A model generated the notes under the pieces. The model had not been told where the DNA came from. It saw only the letters and a list, made by a program, of their open reading frames with translations, and searched no databases. Shown here one piece after another: positions 19,519 through 29,944 of a stretch of 64,000 nt of DNA (position 1 is the first letter of the stretch; every line of letters begins with the position of its first letter). Origin of the DNA: a plasmid; sequence record CP121101.1; one strand, 5' to 3'. The translations under genes and the position numbers were made by a program.

Positions 19519-21202
19519 ATGGCGACGGACACCCCACGGATTCCAGAACAAGGCGTGGCCACTCTGCCTGATGAGGCTTGGGAGCGTGCGCGCCGTCGTG
19601 CGGAGATCATCAGTCCGTTGGCGCAGTCGGAGACGGTCGGGCACGAAGCGGCCGATATGGCGGCTCAGGCGCTGGGCTTGTCTCGGCGCCAGGTATACGT
19701 TCTGATCCGGCGTGCCCGGCAAGGCAGCGGCCTCGTGACGGATCTGGTGCCCGGCCAGTCCGGTGGAGGTAAAGGTAAGGGGCGCTTGCCGGAACCGGTC
19801 GAGCGCGTCATCCACGAGCTACTGCAAAAGCGGTTCCTGACCAAGCAGAAACGCAGCCTAGCGGCCTTTCACCGCGAAGTCACTCAGGTGTGCAAGGCTC
19901 AAAAACTGCGAGTGCCGGCGCGCAATACCGTGGCCTTACGGATCGCTAGCCTTGACCCGCGCAAGGTCATCCGCCGGCGGGAAGGCCAGGATGCCGCTCG
20001 TGACCTACAAGGTGTGGGCGGCGAGCCTCCTGCCGTGACCGCGCCGCTGGAGCAGGTGCAGATAGACCATACGGTCATCGACCTGATCGTGGTCGATGAC
20101 CGCGACCGGCAACCTATTGGCCGCCCGTACCTGACCCTCGCCATCGACGTGTTCACCCGCTGCGTGCTCGGCATGGTCGTCACGCTGGAAGCGCCGTCTG
20201 CCGTTTCGGTTGGCCTGTGCCTCGTGCATGTCGCCTGCGACAAGCGCCCTTGGCTGGAAGGACTGAACGTGGAAATGGATTGGCAGATGAGCGGCAAGCC
20301 CTTGCTGCTCTACCTAGACAACGCGGCCGAGTTCAAGAGCGAGGCCCTGCGCCGGGGTTTGCGAGCAGCATGGCATCCGGCTGGACTATCGCCCGCTGGG
20401 ACAGCCGCACTATGGCGGCATCGTGGAACGGATCATCGGCACGGCGATGCAGATGATTCACGACGAACTGCCGGGAACGACCTTCTCCAACCCTGACCAG
20501 CGCGGCGACTACGATTCCGAAAACAAGGCCGCCCTGACGCTGCGCGAGCTAGAGCGCTGGCTCACATTGGCGGTCGGCACCTACCACGGTTCGGTGCACA
20601 ACGGCCTGCTCCAACCGCCGGCCGCGCGCTGGGCCGAGGCCGTGGCGCGTGTCGGCGTACCGGCCGTCGTCACACGCGCTACTTCGTTCCTGGTCGATTT
20701 TCTGCCGATCCTCCGGCGCACGCTGACCCGCACCGGCTTTGTCATCGACCACATCCACTACTACGCCGATGCGCTCAAGCCGTGGATTGCGCGGCGTGAA
20801 CGCTGGCCGTCCTTTCTGATCCGGCGCGATCCGCGCGACATCAGCCGTATCTGGGTCCTGGAACCGGAGGGACAGCACTACCTGGAAATTCCCTACCGTA
20901 CCTTGTCGCACCCGGCTGTCACCCTCTGGGAACAACGGCAGGCGCTGATGAAATTGCGGCAGCAAGGGCGCGAACAGGTGGATGAGTCGGCGTTGTTCCG
21001 CATGATCGACCAGATGCGCAAAATCGTGACCACCGCGCAGAAGACCACGCGCAAGGCGCGGCGCGACGCAGATCGACGCCAGCATCTCAAGGCAACGGCA
21101 CCGCCTGTCAAAGCCACGCCACCACCGGACGCTGACATGGATGACCAGCAGGCGGACAACCAGCCGCCCGCCAAACCGTTCGACCAGATTGAGGAGTGGT
21201 AG
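19519..21202 (+). pseudogene. tniA: Tn402 transposase TniA, +1 frameshift (extra T near 20357)
   Basis: MATDTPRIPEQ... start. The frame is lost at RRG|CEQHGIRLDYRP and resumes in ORF 20423..21202. Confidence 0.8.
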
Positions 21203-22113
21203 CCGTGGAAGAATATCCCATCATCGAGCTGTCCCACCTGCTGCCGGCGGCGCAGGGATTGGCCCGGCTGCCGGCGGACGAGCGCATCCAACGCCTTCGC
21301 GCCGACCGCTGGATCGGCTACCCCCGCGCGGTCGAGGCGCTGAACCGGCTGGAAACCCTGTATGCGTGGCCAAACAAGCAACGCATGCCCAACCTGCTGC
21401 TGGTCGGCCCGACCAACAACGGCAAGTCGATGATCGTCGAGAAGTTCCGGCGCACGCATCTGGCCAGCGCCGATGCCGACCAGGAGCACATCCCGGTGCT
21501 GGTCGTGCAGATGCCGTCCGAGCCGTCTGTGATCCGCTTCTACGTCGCGCTGCTCGCGGCGATGGGTGCGCCATTGCGACCGCGCCCACGACTGCCGGAA
21601 ATGGAGCAACTGGCGCTGGCACTGCTGCGCAAGGTCGGCGTGCGCATTTTGGTGATCGACGAGTTGCACAACGTCCTGGCTGGTAACAGCGTCAACCGCC
21701 GGGAATTCCTCAATCTGCTGCGCTTCCTCGGCAACGAACTGCGCATCCCACTGGTCGGGGTTGGCACGCGCGACGCCTATCTGGCCATCCGCTCGGATGA
21801 CCAGTTGGAAAACCGCTTCGAGCCGATGATGCTGCCGCTGTGGGAGGCCAACGACGATTGCTGCTCACTGCTGGCCAGCTTCGCCGCTTCGCTTCCTCTG
21901 CGGCGACCCTCGTCGATTGCCACGCTGGACATGGCCCGCTACCTGCTCACACGCAGCGAGGGCACCATAGGCGAACTGGCGCACTTGCTGATGGCAGCGG
22001 CCATCGTCGCCGTGGAGAGCTGCGAGGAAGCGATCAACCATCGCACGCTCAGCATGGCCGATTACACCGGTCCCAGCGAGCGGCGGCGGCAATTCGAGCG
22101 GGAACTGATGTGA
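21196..22113 (+). CDS. tniB: Tn402 TniB AAA+ transposition ATPase
   Basis: 305 aa, Walker A GPTNNGKS. Confidence 0.8.
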   Translation: MVAVEEYPIIELSHLLPAAQGLARLPADERIQRLRADRWIGYPRAVEALNRLETLYAWPNKQRMPNLLLVGPTNNGKSMIVEKFRRTHLASADADQEHIPVLVVQMPSEPSVIRFYVALLAAMGAPLRPRPRLPEMEQLALALLRKVGVRILVIDELHNVLAGNSVNRREFLNLLRFLGNELRIPLVGVGTRDAYLAIRSDDQLENRFEPMMLPLWEANDDCCSLLASFAASLPLRRPSSIATLDMARYLLTRSEGTIGELAHLLMAAAIVAVESCEEAINHRTLSMADYTGPSERRRQFERELM

Positions 22114-23333
22114 AGCCAGCGCCACGCTGGCCACTGCATCCGGCTCCCAGGGAAGGCGAAGCCGAAGCCTTGTCTTCGTGGCTCAACCGCGTGGCCCTTT
22201 GCTATCACATGGAGGTGTCCGAGCTGCTGGAGCACGATCTTGGTCACGGTCAGGTTGATGACCTGGACACCGCGCCACCACTGGCGCTGCTGGAGATGCT
22301 CTCCCTGCGGAGCGGCATCGAGCCGGATCGGCTGCGTTGCATGAGTTTCGCCGGCTGGGTGCCTTGGCTACTGGACAGTCTTGATGATCAGATTCCAGAT
22401 GCATTGGAAACCTATGCGTTCCAGCTCTCGGTGCTGCTGCCGAAACTCCGCCGTAGGACGCGATCCATCACGAGCTGGCGTGCCTGGCTGCCCAGCCAGC
22501 CGATACATCGCGCCTGTCCGCTCTGTCTGAACGACCCGGCAAACCAAGCCGTACTGCTTGCATGGAAGCTGCCCCTGATGCTGAGCTGCCCGCTGCATGG
22601 CTGCTGGCTGGAATCCTATTGGGGCGTGCCAGGGCGGTTTCTCGGCTGGGAGAACGCCGACGCCGAACCGCGCACCGCCAGCGACGCGATTGCGGCGATG
22701 GACCAGCGTACCTGGCAGGCACTGACAACCGGTCACGTGGAGCTGCCGCGCCGACGCATCCACGCTGGATTGTGGTTTCGGCTGCTACGCACGCTGCTCG
22801 ATGAGCTGAACACCCCGCTTTCGGCGTGCGGAACCTACGCGGGGTATCTCCGCCAAGTCTGGCAAGGCTGCGGGCATCCGCTGCGTGCTGGGCAAAGTCT
22901 GTGGCGACCGTATGAAACCCTGAACCCGGCAGTACGGTTGCAGATGCTGGAGGCAGCGGCAGCGGCAATCAGCTTGATTGAGGTGAGGGATATAAGCCCG
23001 CCAGGCGAGCATGCAAAGCTGTTCTGGTCCGAGCCCCAAACCGGGTTCACCAGTGGTCTGCCGGCGAAAGCGCCGAAGCCCGAACCCGTCAATCACTGGC
23101 AACGGGCGGTCCAAGCTATCAGTGAGGCGATCATTGAAGCGCGGCACAACCCCGAGACGGCGCGCTCGCTGTTCGCCTTGGCTTCCTATGGTCGGCGCGA
23201 CCCAGCTTCCCTGGAACAGTTGCGAGCCACCTTTGCAAAGGAAGGCATCCCCCCGGAATTTCTGTCACATTACGAGCCTGATGGACCCTTTGCATGTCTT
23301 AGACAGAATGACGGGTTAAGTGACAAATTTTGA
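22110..23333 (+). CDS. tniQ: Tn402 TniQ
   Basis: GTG start overlapping the tniB stop. VKPAPRWPLHPAPREGEA... Part of track ORF 21840..23333. Confidence 0.75.
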   Translation: MKPAPRWPLHPAPREGEAEALSSWLNRVALCYHMEVSELLEHDLGHGQVDDLDTAPPLALLEMLSLRSGIEPDRLRCMSFAGWVPWLLDSLDDQIPDALETYAFQLSVLLPKLRRRTRSITSWRAWLPSQPIHRACPLCLNDPANQAVLLAWKLPLMLSCPLHGCWLESYWGVPGRFLGWENADAEPRTASDAIAAMDQRTWQALTTGHVELPRRRIHAGLWFRLLRTLLDELNTPLSACGTYAGYLRQVWQGCGHPLRAGQSLWRPYETLNPAVRLQMLEAAAAAISLIEVRDISPPGEHAKLFWSEPQTGFTSGLPAKAPKPEPVNHWQRAVQAISEAIIEARHNPETARSLFALASYGRRDPASLEQLRATFAKEGIPPEFLSHYEPDGPFACLRQNDGLSDKF

Positions 23334-23379
23334 CGGCCAGAATTTTCCGGCGCACACTGTCACATAATCGAACGTATAC

Positions 23380-24018
23380 GTGACGGGTGAAAAGGTGCTG
23401 ATCGGCTACATGCGGGTATCGAAGGCGGACGGATCCCAGTCCACCAATTTGCAACGCGATGCGCTCATCGCCGCTGGTGTGAGCCTTGCGCACCTTTACG
23501 AGGATCTGGCCTCGGGCAGGCGCGATGATCGCCCAGGGTTGGCTGCTTGCCTGAAGGCGCTTCGTGAAGGGGACACGCTGATCGTGTGGAAGCTCGATCG
23601 GCTTGGCCGTGATCTGCGCCACCTGATCAACACCGTGCACGACCTAACTGCGCGTAGCGTGGGCCTGAAGGTCCTGACCGGTCACGGTGCGGCGGTCGAC
23701 ACGACGACTGCCGCCGGCAAGCTTGTGTTCGGTATTTTTGCCGCGCTGGCCGAGTTCGAGCGTGAGTTGATTTCCGAGCGAACAGTCGCTGGACTTATCT
23801 CGGCGCGCGCTCGCGGCAGGAAAGGGGGGCGCCCCTTCAAGATGACCGCCGCCAAGCTACGCCTGGCGATGGCCAGCATGGGGCAACCGGAAACCAAGGT
23901 GGGCGATCTCTGCGAAGAACTCGGGATTACCCGGCAGACGCTCTACCGGCACGTGTCGCCCAAGGGCGAACTGCGGCCAGACGGCGTAAAGCTGCTCTCC
24001 CTCGGTTCAGCCGCATAA
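23380..24018 (+). CDS. tniR: Tn402/Tn5053 resolvase TniR (TniC), serine recombinase
   Basis: (M)LIGYMRVSKADGSQSTNLQRDAL... GTG start at 23380, or alternatively at 23395. Confidence 0.8.
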   Translation: MTGEKVLIGYMRVSKADGSQSTNLQRDALIAAGVSLAHLYEDLASGRRDDRPGLAACLKALREGDTLIVWKLDRLGRDLRHLINTVHDLTARSVGLKVLTGHGAAVDTTTAAGKLVFGIFAALAEFERELISERTVAGLISARARGRKGGRPFKMTAAKLRLAMASMGQPETKVGDLCEELGITRQTLYRHVSPKGELRPDGVKLLSLGSAA

Positions 24019-24112
24019 ATGGAGGCGACCTGGAACGGGGCGCTGTTCAGTGCGGCAACGATCCGATTACCGGTGTCGACCCAGAGCAGCCGTAGAGCTT
24101 TTGGGAAAGCTG

Positions 24113-24180
24113 TCGTTCAACGTTTGACATGAGGGGCGGCCAAGGGCGCCAGCCCTTGGACGTCCCCCTCGATGGAAGGG
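24113..24180 (-). other. attC (59-be) of the aac(6')-Ib cassette
   Basis: Imperfect palindrome gacgtccaagggctggcgcccttggccgcccctc between the gene stop and the GTTGAAC core. Confidence 0.5.
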
Positions 24181-24735
24181 TTAGGCATCACTGCGTGTTC
24201 GCTCGAATGCCTGGCGTGTTTGAACCATGTACACGGCTGGACCATCTGGGGTGGTTACGGTACCTTGCCTCTCAAACCCCGCTTTCTCGTAGCATCGGAT
24301 CGCTCGCAAGTTGCTCGGCGACGGGTCCGTTTGGATCTTGGTGACCTCGGGATCATTGAACAGCAACTCAACCAGTGCTCGAACCAGCTTGGTTCCCAAG
24401 CCTTTGCCCAGTTGTGATGCATTCGCCAGTGACTGGTCTATTCCGCGTACTCCTGGATCGGTTTCTTCTTCCCACCATCCGTCCCCGCTTCCAAGAGCAA
24501 CGTACGACTGGGCATACCCAATCGGCTCTCCATTCAGCATTGCAATGTATGGAGTGACGGACTCTTGCGCTAAAACGCTTGGCAAGTACTGTTCCTGTAC
24601 GTCAGCAAGTGTCGGGCGTGCTTCTTCTCCGCCCCACCACTCGACGATATGAGATCGATTTAGCCACTCATAGAGCATCGCAAGGTCATGCTCAGTCATG
24701 AGGCGCAGTGTGACGGAATCGTTGCTGTTGGTCAC
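24181..24735 (-). CDS. aac(6')-Ib: aminoglycoside 6'-N-acetyltransferase AAC(6')-Ib, wild-type allele (Trp102, Asp179)
   Basis: 184 aa, recognised as AAC(6')-Ib (no alignment was run). ...[10 protein letters not shown]... and ...[11 protein letters not shown]... seen in sequence. Confidence 0.9.
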   Translation of the reverse strand: MTNSNDSVTLRLMTEHDLAMLYEWLNRSHIVEWWGGEEARPTLADVQEQYLPSVLAQESVTPYIAMLNGEPIGYAQSYVALGSGDGWWEEETDPGVRGIDQSLANASQLGKGLGTKLVRALVELLFNDPEVTKIQTDPSPSNLRAIRCYEKAGFERQGTVTTPDGPAVYMVQTRQAFERTRSDA

Positions 24736-24832
24736 GATGCTGTACTTTGTGATGCCTAACGCCCGAAATAACCGGCGTGCGCTAGCACGTCCGGCGCCGC
24801 AGGCGCGTAGTTAATTGACTTGTTATGTTTGC

Positions 24833-25228
24833 TTATAGCCATACTAACCCTTGAGGTTTAGACTTCAACGATTCCAAACGACTTTGTAGGCTACCGCTAT
24901 GGATTTCCAATTTATGGCCGTCAGGATCGAGCAAGTATAAAGAAAGTCCTTCGCTTCTATTTTGTTTCCATTCAACGACATGTGCTTCGCGAAGCTTTTT
25001 AGTAACTGGTTCGAAATTCTCTTCGGAAACATCAAACGCGATGTGACAGTAATCTTGGCTCGGATGCACTTCGTCACAAGACAAGCAAATCCAAGTAGCC
25101 TCCAAGCTCAGATATGCCCCACTATCCCAGCGGACATGTGCCTTCATTCCTAATAGACGCGTATAGAACTCCACGGAACGTTCAAGGTCACTTACTGCAA
25201 TAGTAATATGATTCAATCCTCGTAACAC
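24833..25228 (-). CDS. fos: FosA-family glutathione S-transferase (fosfomycin resistance) gene cassette
   Basis: 131 aa. Vicinal-oxygen-chelate fold with FosA hallmarks (MLRGLNHITIAVSDL, EWKQNRSEGLSLYLLDPDGHKLEIH). Flanked by attI1 and an attC with a central palindrome. Confidence 0.75.
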   Translation of the reverse strand: MLRGLNHITIAVSDLERSVEFYTRLLGMKAHVRWDSGAYLSLEATWICLSCDEVHPSQDYCHIAFDVSEENFEPVTKKLREAHVVEWKQNRSEGLSLYLLDPDGHKLEIHSGSLQSRLESLKSKPQGLVWL

Positions 25229-25386
25229 TGACTCTCCTCAGCGAACATAACTTTGTTTTAGGGCGACTGCCCTGCTGCGTAACATCGTTGCTGCTCCATA
25301 ACATCAAACATCGACCCACGGCGTAACGCGCTTGCTGCTTGGATGCCCGAGGCATAGACTGTACAAAAAAACAGTCATAACAAGCC
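25229..25386 (-). promoter_or_regulatory. attI1 integration site (copy 1)
   Basis: Canonical 5'-CS sequence ...GGCATAGACTGTACAAAAAAACAGTCATAACAAGCCATG and CCCTAAAACAAAG|TT crossover region. Confidence 0.6.
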
Positions 25387-26400
25387 ATGAAAACCGCCAC
25401 TGCGCCGTTACCACCGCTGCGTTCGGTCAAGGTTCTGGACCAGTTGCGTGAGCGCATACGCTACTTGCATTACAGTTTACGAACCGAACAGGCTTATGTC
25501 CACTGGGTTCGTGCCTTCATCCGTTTCCACGGTGTGCGTCACCCGGCAACCTTGGGCAGCAGCGAAGTCGAGGCATTTCTGTCCTGGCTGGCGAACGAGC
25601 GCAAGGTTTCGGTCTCCACGCATCGTCAGGCATTGGCGGCCTTGCTGTTCTTCTACGGCAAGGTGCTGTGCACGGATCTGCCCTGGCTTCAGGAGATCGG
25701 AAGACCTCGGCCGTCGCGGCGCTTGCCGGTGGTGCTGACCCCGGATGAAGTGGTTCGCATCCTCGGTTTTCTGGAAGGCGAGCATCGTTTGTTCGCCCAG
25801 CTTCTGTATGGAACGGGCATGCGGATCAGTGAGGGTTTGCAACTGCGGGTCAAGGATCTGGATTTCGATCACGGCACGATCATCGTGCGGGAGGGCAAGG
25901 GCTCCAAGGATCGGGCCTTGATGTTACCCGAGAGCTTGGCACCCAGCCTGCGCGAGCAGCTGTCGCGTGCACGGGCATGGTGGCTGAAGGACCAGGCCGA
26001 GGGCCGCAGCGGCGTTGCGCTTCCCGACGCCCTTGAGCGGAAGTATCCGCGCGCCGGGCATTCCTGGCCGTGGTTCTGGGTTTTTGCGCAGCACACGCAT
26101 TCGACCGATCCACGGAGCGGTGTCGTGCGTCGCCATCACATGTATGACCAGACCTTTCAGCGCGCCTTCAAACGTGCCGTAGAACAAGCAGGCATCACGA
26201 AGCCCGCCACACCGCACACCCTCCGCCACTCGTTCGCGACGGCCTTGCTCCGCAGCGGTTACGACATTCGAACCGTGCAGGATCTGCTCGGCCATTCCGA
26301 CGTCTCTACGACGATGATTTACACGCATGTGCTGAAAGTTGGCGGTGCCGGAGTGCGCTCACCGCTTGATGCGCTGCCGCCCCTCACTAGTGAGAGGTAG
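25387..26400 (+). CDS. intI1: class 1 integron integrase IntI1 (intact, 337 aa)
   Basis: Full-length match to IntI1 ([30 protein letters not shown]...LTSER). Confidence 0.95.
25474..25502 (-). promoter_or_regulatory. integron cassette promoter Pc, hybrid type PcH1 (TGGACA-17 bp-TAAACT), inside intI1
   Basis: The reverse complements agttta (25474-79) and tgtcca (25497-502) are separated by 17 bp. Confidence 0.55.
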
Positions 26401-26577
26401 GGCAGCGCAAGTCAATCCTGGCGGATTCACTACCCCTGCGCGAAGGCCATCGGTGCCGCATCGAACGGCCGGTTGCGGAAAGTCCTCCCTGCGTCCGCTG
26501 ATGGCCGGCAGCAGCCCGTCGTTGCCTGATGGATCCAACCCCTCCGCTGCTATAGTGCAGTCGGCTTCTGACGTTCA

Positions 26578-26602
26578 GTGCAGCCGTCTTCTGAAAACGA
26601 CA
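26578..26602 (-). repeat. Tn402 IRi (25 bp), copy 1
   Basis: gtgcagccgtcttctgaaaacgaca is the reverse complement of TGTCGTTTTCAGAAGACGGCTGCAC. Confidence 0.8.
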
Positions 26603-26711
26603 GCAACCCTGAAAAAAATTCTCAAAAAACCGTTCAGTTAACTGGTTGATGAAATCAGCGTTCAGAACCATACTCTTTCATTCAATTAAATGAACGATTC
26701 AGGGTTATCTG

Positions 26712-27302
26712 ATGATTTTTGGGTACTGCCGGATCAGCACCAAAGGGCAAAGTTTTGACCTGCAGGAAGACGCGCTCAAAAACGCCGGTTGTGAACGTGT
26801 TTTTAGAGATATCGCTTCCGGCGCAAAAACCAAAAGACCTGGCCTTGATGATTTACTTGGTCAGCTCAGAGCTGGCGACATCATCGTGGTATATAAACTG
26901 GACCGGCTCGGACGGTCGTTACAGCATTTGGTGCATTTGATGAACCAATTGACCGAACAGCAGATTGGCCTTCGCAGTCTTAACGACCCAGTGGATACCA
27001 CCACGCCACAAGGGCGTCTCATCACGAATGTGTTTGCCTCCATCGCTGAATTTGAACGGGATTTGATTAGGGAGCGCACAAAAGCAGGATTGGCTTCGGC
27101 TCGGGCACGCGGACGCAACGGAGGGCGACCAGCAGGACTTAGCAAAGACGCCCAAAATGTGGCAATAGCGGCAGAAGCATTATACAAGCAAGGCAGTCTC
27201 AGTGCGCAGCAAATTGCCGCACAGCTCAATATCTCCAAGACCACTCTTTATAAATACCTACGACTTCAGGGAGTTGGTATTGGCAGTGTTGGGCTCAGGT
27301 GA
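26712..27302 (+). CDS. serine recombinase (resolvase/invertase family)
   Basis: 196 aa, MIFGYCRISTKGQSFDLQEDAL...VYKLDRLGRS. The upstream region 26606..26711 contains the 10-bp palindrome CAGTTAACTG (a res-like subsite). Confidence 0.8.
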   Translation: MIFGYCRISTKGQSFDLQEDALKNAGCERVFRDIASGAKTKRPGLDDLLGQLRAGDIIVVYKLDRLGRSLQHLVHLMNQLTEQQIGLRSLNDPVDTTTPQGRLITNVFASIAEFERDLIRERTKAGLASARARGRNGGRPAGLSKDAQNVAIAAEALYKQGSLSAQQIAAQLNISKTTLYKYLRLQGVGIGSVGLR

Positions 27303-27306
27303 TGCC

Positions 27307-28644
27307 ATGAACTCAGCGAAGCGCGGCATTGCACAGGAAGTTTTGATTGATCTCTACCATCGATTGGAAGGCTTACCGCCGCGCTGTGCTCAGCGACGTG
27401 ACATCATTGCACAGGCCACAGCCCTCTACGGCATTTCAGAAAGTTCCTTGTACCGACACTTACGCAATTTGTACCAGCCAAAATCCATCCGCCGCAGCGA
27501 TGCGGGTAAACCCAGAGCCATTCCGCAGGCTGAACTGGAACAGTATTGCGAAATCATTGCGGCGCTGAAGATCCGTACGATGAATAAAAATGGCCGTCAT
27601 CTTTCAACAGCCAATGCGATTGCACTGCTGGAGCGCACAGGTGTTGGCTCGGATTATGGGTTCATCAAAGTGCCGGTTGGACGATTGAACAAAGCAACCG
27701 TCAATCGTTACCTGCAGCAATGGGGTTTTAATCCGAAACAAGTACTCAGAGATACGCCTGCGGTCCGGTTCCAAGCCACATATAGCAATGAATGCTGGCA
27801 ATTCGATCTAAGCCCATCTGATTTGAAGCATGTGCAGGAACCGCTCTGGTTTGATCCACAAAAAGGCAGGCCGCTGCTGATGCTCTACAGCGTGGTCGAT
27901 GACCGCAGCGGGGTTTGCTATCAGGAATATCGGAACGTCTATGGCGAGGATACGCCAGCGGCCTTACTGTTTTTGTTCAATGCCATGAGTGCGAAGTCTG
28001 ACAGCGAGTTTCCATTCCGTGGTATCCCGAAAACCATCTATCTGGATAATGGTCCCATCGCTAAAAGCCGTGTATTTCGCAATGTCATGGTATTTTTGGG
28101 CGTTGAGCTGAAAGTCCATGAACCTGCAAGCGCCACTGACAGGCGCAAAACTGCCCGTTCAAAAGGCAAAGTCGAGCGAGCCTTTCGGACAGTCAAAGAA
28201 TGCCATGAAGTGCTCTATCACCTGCGGGAACCCAAAAATGAGGTCGAAGCCAATGACATGCTGCGGGAATACCTAAAGCAATATAACGACCACTCGCACC
28301 GTTTAGAGACTCATTCCCGCATGGAGGACTGGCAACTCAATATTCCGCCTCTTCTGGTATTCAAAGCATGTGCAGCTGGGAGCGATTTTGTGCATTTGCC
28401 AGAGAACCGGAGCAACGTACTGTCGGCATTGATGCCAGGATCAGCGTCGATGGCACCGTTTATGAAATCAGTCCGGAACTTGCCGGTGAACGGGTTGTAC
28501 TCTGGTGGGGGCTGTTTGACGACGAACTATTTGTTGAACATGAAGGCAAGCGGTACGGAGCATATCTTCCAGTCAGCGGTCCTATTCCTCTCTACCGGTA
28601 CCGGAAATTTAAAAAGACTCAGGCTGAGAAAAAAAATTAGATAA
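27307..28644 (+). CDS. Mu-type DDE transposase (TniA/TnsB/Tn552 p480-like); the C-terminal domain continues in an overlapping frame (28368..28640), so a frameshift is likely
   Basis: 480-aa track ORF; ATG at 27307 follows the recombinase stop. DDE-family features (WQFDLSP, YLDNGP). ORF 28368..28640 resembles a Mu-transposase C-terminal domain. Confidence 0.6.
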   Translation: MNSAKRGIAQEVLIDLYHRLEGLPPRCAQRRDIIAQATALYGISESSLYRHLRNLYQPKSIRRSDAGKPRAIPQAELEQYCEIIAALKIRTMNKNGRHLSTANAIALLERTGVGSDYGFIKVPVGRLNKATVNRYLQQWGFNPKQVLRDTPAVRFQATYSNECWQFDLSPSDLKHVQEPLWFDPQKGRPLLMLYSVVDDRSGVCYQEYRNVYGEDTPAALLFLFNAMSAKSDSEFPFRGIPKTIYLDNGPIAKSRVFRNVMVFLGVELKVHEPASATDRRKTARSKGKVERAFRTVKECHEVLYHLREPKNEVEANDMLREYLKQYNDHSHRLETHSRMEDWQLNIPPLLVFKACAAGSDFVHLPENRSNVLSALMPGSASMAPFMKSVRNLPVNGLYSGGGCLTTNYLLNMKASGTEHIFQSAVLFLSTGTGNLKRLRLRKKIR

Positions 28645-28959
28645 ATTAGAAACTTTGGCAAAGTCGCTGAGCTTGCGGGATATTGGGGACGAGCAAAATG
28701 TGGCCATCCTCAAAACGATGCTTAAAACCGTGAATGTTATTGCGGATAAACCGTTTGCAGACCCTGATCCTTATAACGACCTGAGCTACTCAAGTGTACT
28801 CAAAGCAAAGCTCGCCATCGCAGACTATCTCGGTAAGCCACTGGCGCTGTTGCCAAACAGATCGGGACTTTATAGAAGCCATTTTGGATGAAACATTGGA
28901 AAAATCCGTTGTCATGGCACGACTGAAATCGTACTTCCATCCAAAAGGAGATAGCACTC

Positions 28960-29880
28960 ATGCAACTTGAAGTCATGGAGCACTACGGCATTATTAAGTA
29001 TTTTCGGGACGCGGACTATTTCGAAACTGAGCACCAGCGGCGGATCTTTAATCAGCTCAAAAAGGTGATCCCTGAGGGGCAGCTGATTGCATTATCCGGT
29101 GTAGTCGGCAGCGGTAAAACCACGACATTATCACGACTGCAAGACTTACTGGCGAAAGAGAAAAAAGTCATTGTTGCAAAATCGTTGTCTGTCGAGAAGA
29201 CAAAGACCAATCTTGGAACGCTGATCACCGCTCTGTTTTATGATGTCAGCGGAGATAAAGACTATCGGGTACCCAAACTCGGCGAGAAGCGGGAACGTGA
29301 ATTACGCGACTTAATTCAGGATGTCAAAAAGCCAGTGGTGCTGTTAGTGGCGAAGCCCATGATTTGCATCATCGTACGCTGACGGGATTAAAACGGTTGA
29401 TGGAAGTGATCAGAGACGGTGGTGGCAAACTGTCAATTTTATTAGCCGGTCATCCAAAGCTAAAAAATGACTTAAAAGGCCCAACGATGGAAGAAGTAGG
29501 TTATCGGACCATTGTCGTGTCATTAGATGCTATGCAGGGCAACTTGCGCGAGTACGTGTACTGGCTGCTGGACAATTGCACAGATGATAAAACCAAACCC
29601 ACAGATGTCATCGAGGAACAGGCCATCGACTACCTGGTAGAGCGATTGACGACACCATTGCAAATTGAGCAACACTTATCGCTGGCATTGGAAGAAGGTT
29701 TTAATGTGGGTGTGAAACCTATCACGGTTGACGTGTTGGATTTAACCCTGTCCAGACGGATCAATGATATAGAGCCACGTCTTATCCGGCATGGCTACAG
29801 CGAAAAAGTACTGGTGGATCAGTTTCATTACAAACCGGCTGAGCTTCGCTTAAATTTTTTTTTAAAGGTGAGTTGGATGC
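28960..29880 (+). pseudogene. TniB/TnsC-like AAA+ ATPase, frameshift near 29350-29370 across the Walker B (VLLVDEAH) region
   Basis: Walker A GVVGSGKTT in ORF 28960..29382. The continuation is in ORF 29364.. The 3' end is uncertain. Confidence 0.55.
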
Positions 29881-29944
29881 TAATCGGGTCAAAGAAATTA
29901 CGCAGGACTTGCGGGAAGCTGGGCTGCCCATTTAAAGGAACTTT

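Larger units (their letters stand above)
19378..26602 (-). mobile_element. Tn402-like class 1 integron/transposon: IRt-tniA-tniB-tniQ-tniR-[aac(6')-Ib <- fos <- attI1]-intI1-IRi, no 3'-CS
   Basis: IRt TGTCATTTTCAGAAGACGACTGCAC at 19378..19402. IRi, as the reverse complement of TGTCGTTTTCAGAAGACGGCTGCAC, at 26578..26602. Confidence 0.8.

Noticed and set aside
19354-19815. Antisense ORFs inside tniA, tniB and tniQ (for example 19354..19815, 20549..21085, 20893..21669, 22368..22968) and inside Tn5393 tnpA (15615..16235 and others)
   Set aside because: They lie opposite well-supported conserved genes in GC-rich DNA. No independent evidence.
19373-26607. 5-bp target-site duplication flanking the Tn402-like integron
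   Set aside because: The flanks are GCCGC (before IRt) and GCAAC (after IRi) and are not identical. The insertion is therefore not a simple event, or the flanks were rearranged. No duplication is claimed.
27202-27306. Upstream extension of the DDE transposase ORF (track start 27202) overlapping the recombinase gene
   Set aside because: The in-frame ATG at 27307 immediately follows the recombinase stop and matches typical transposase N-termini. The 35 extra codons are probably read-through of the overlap.
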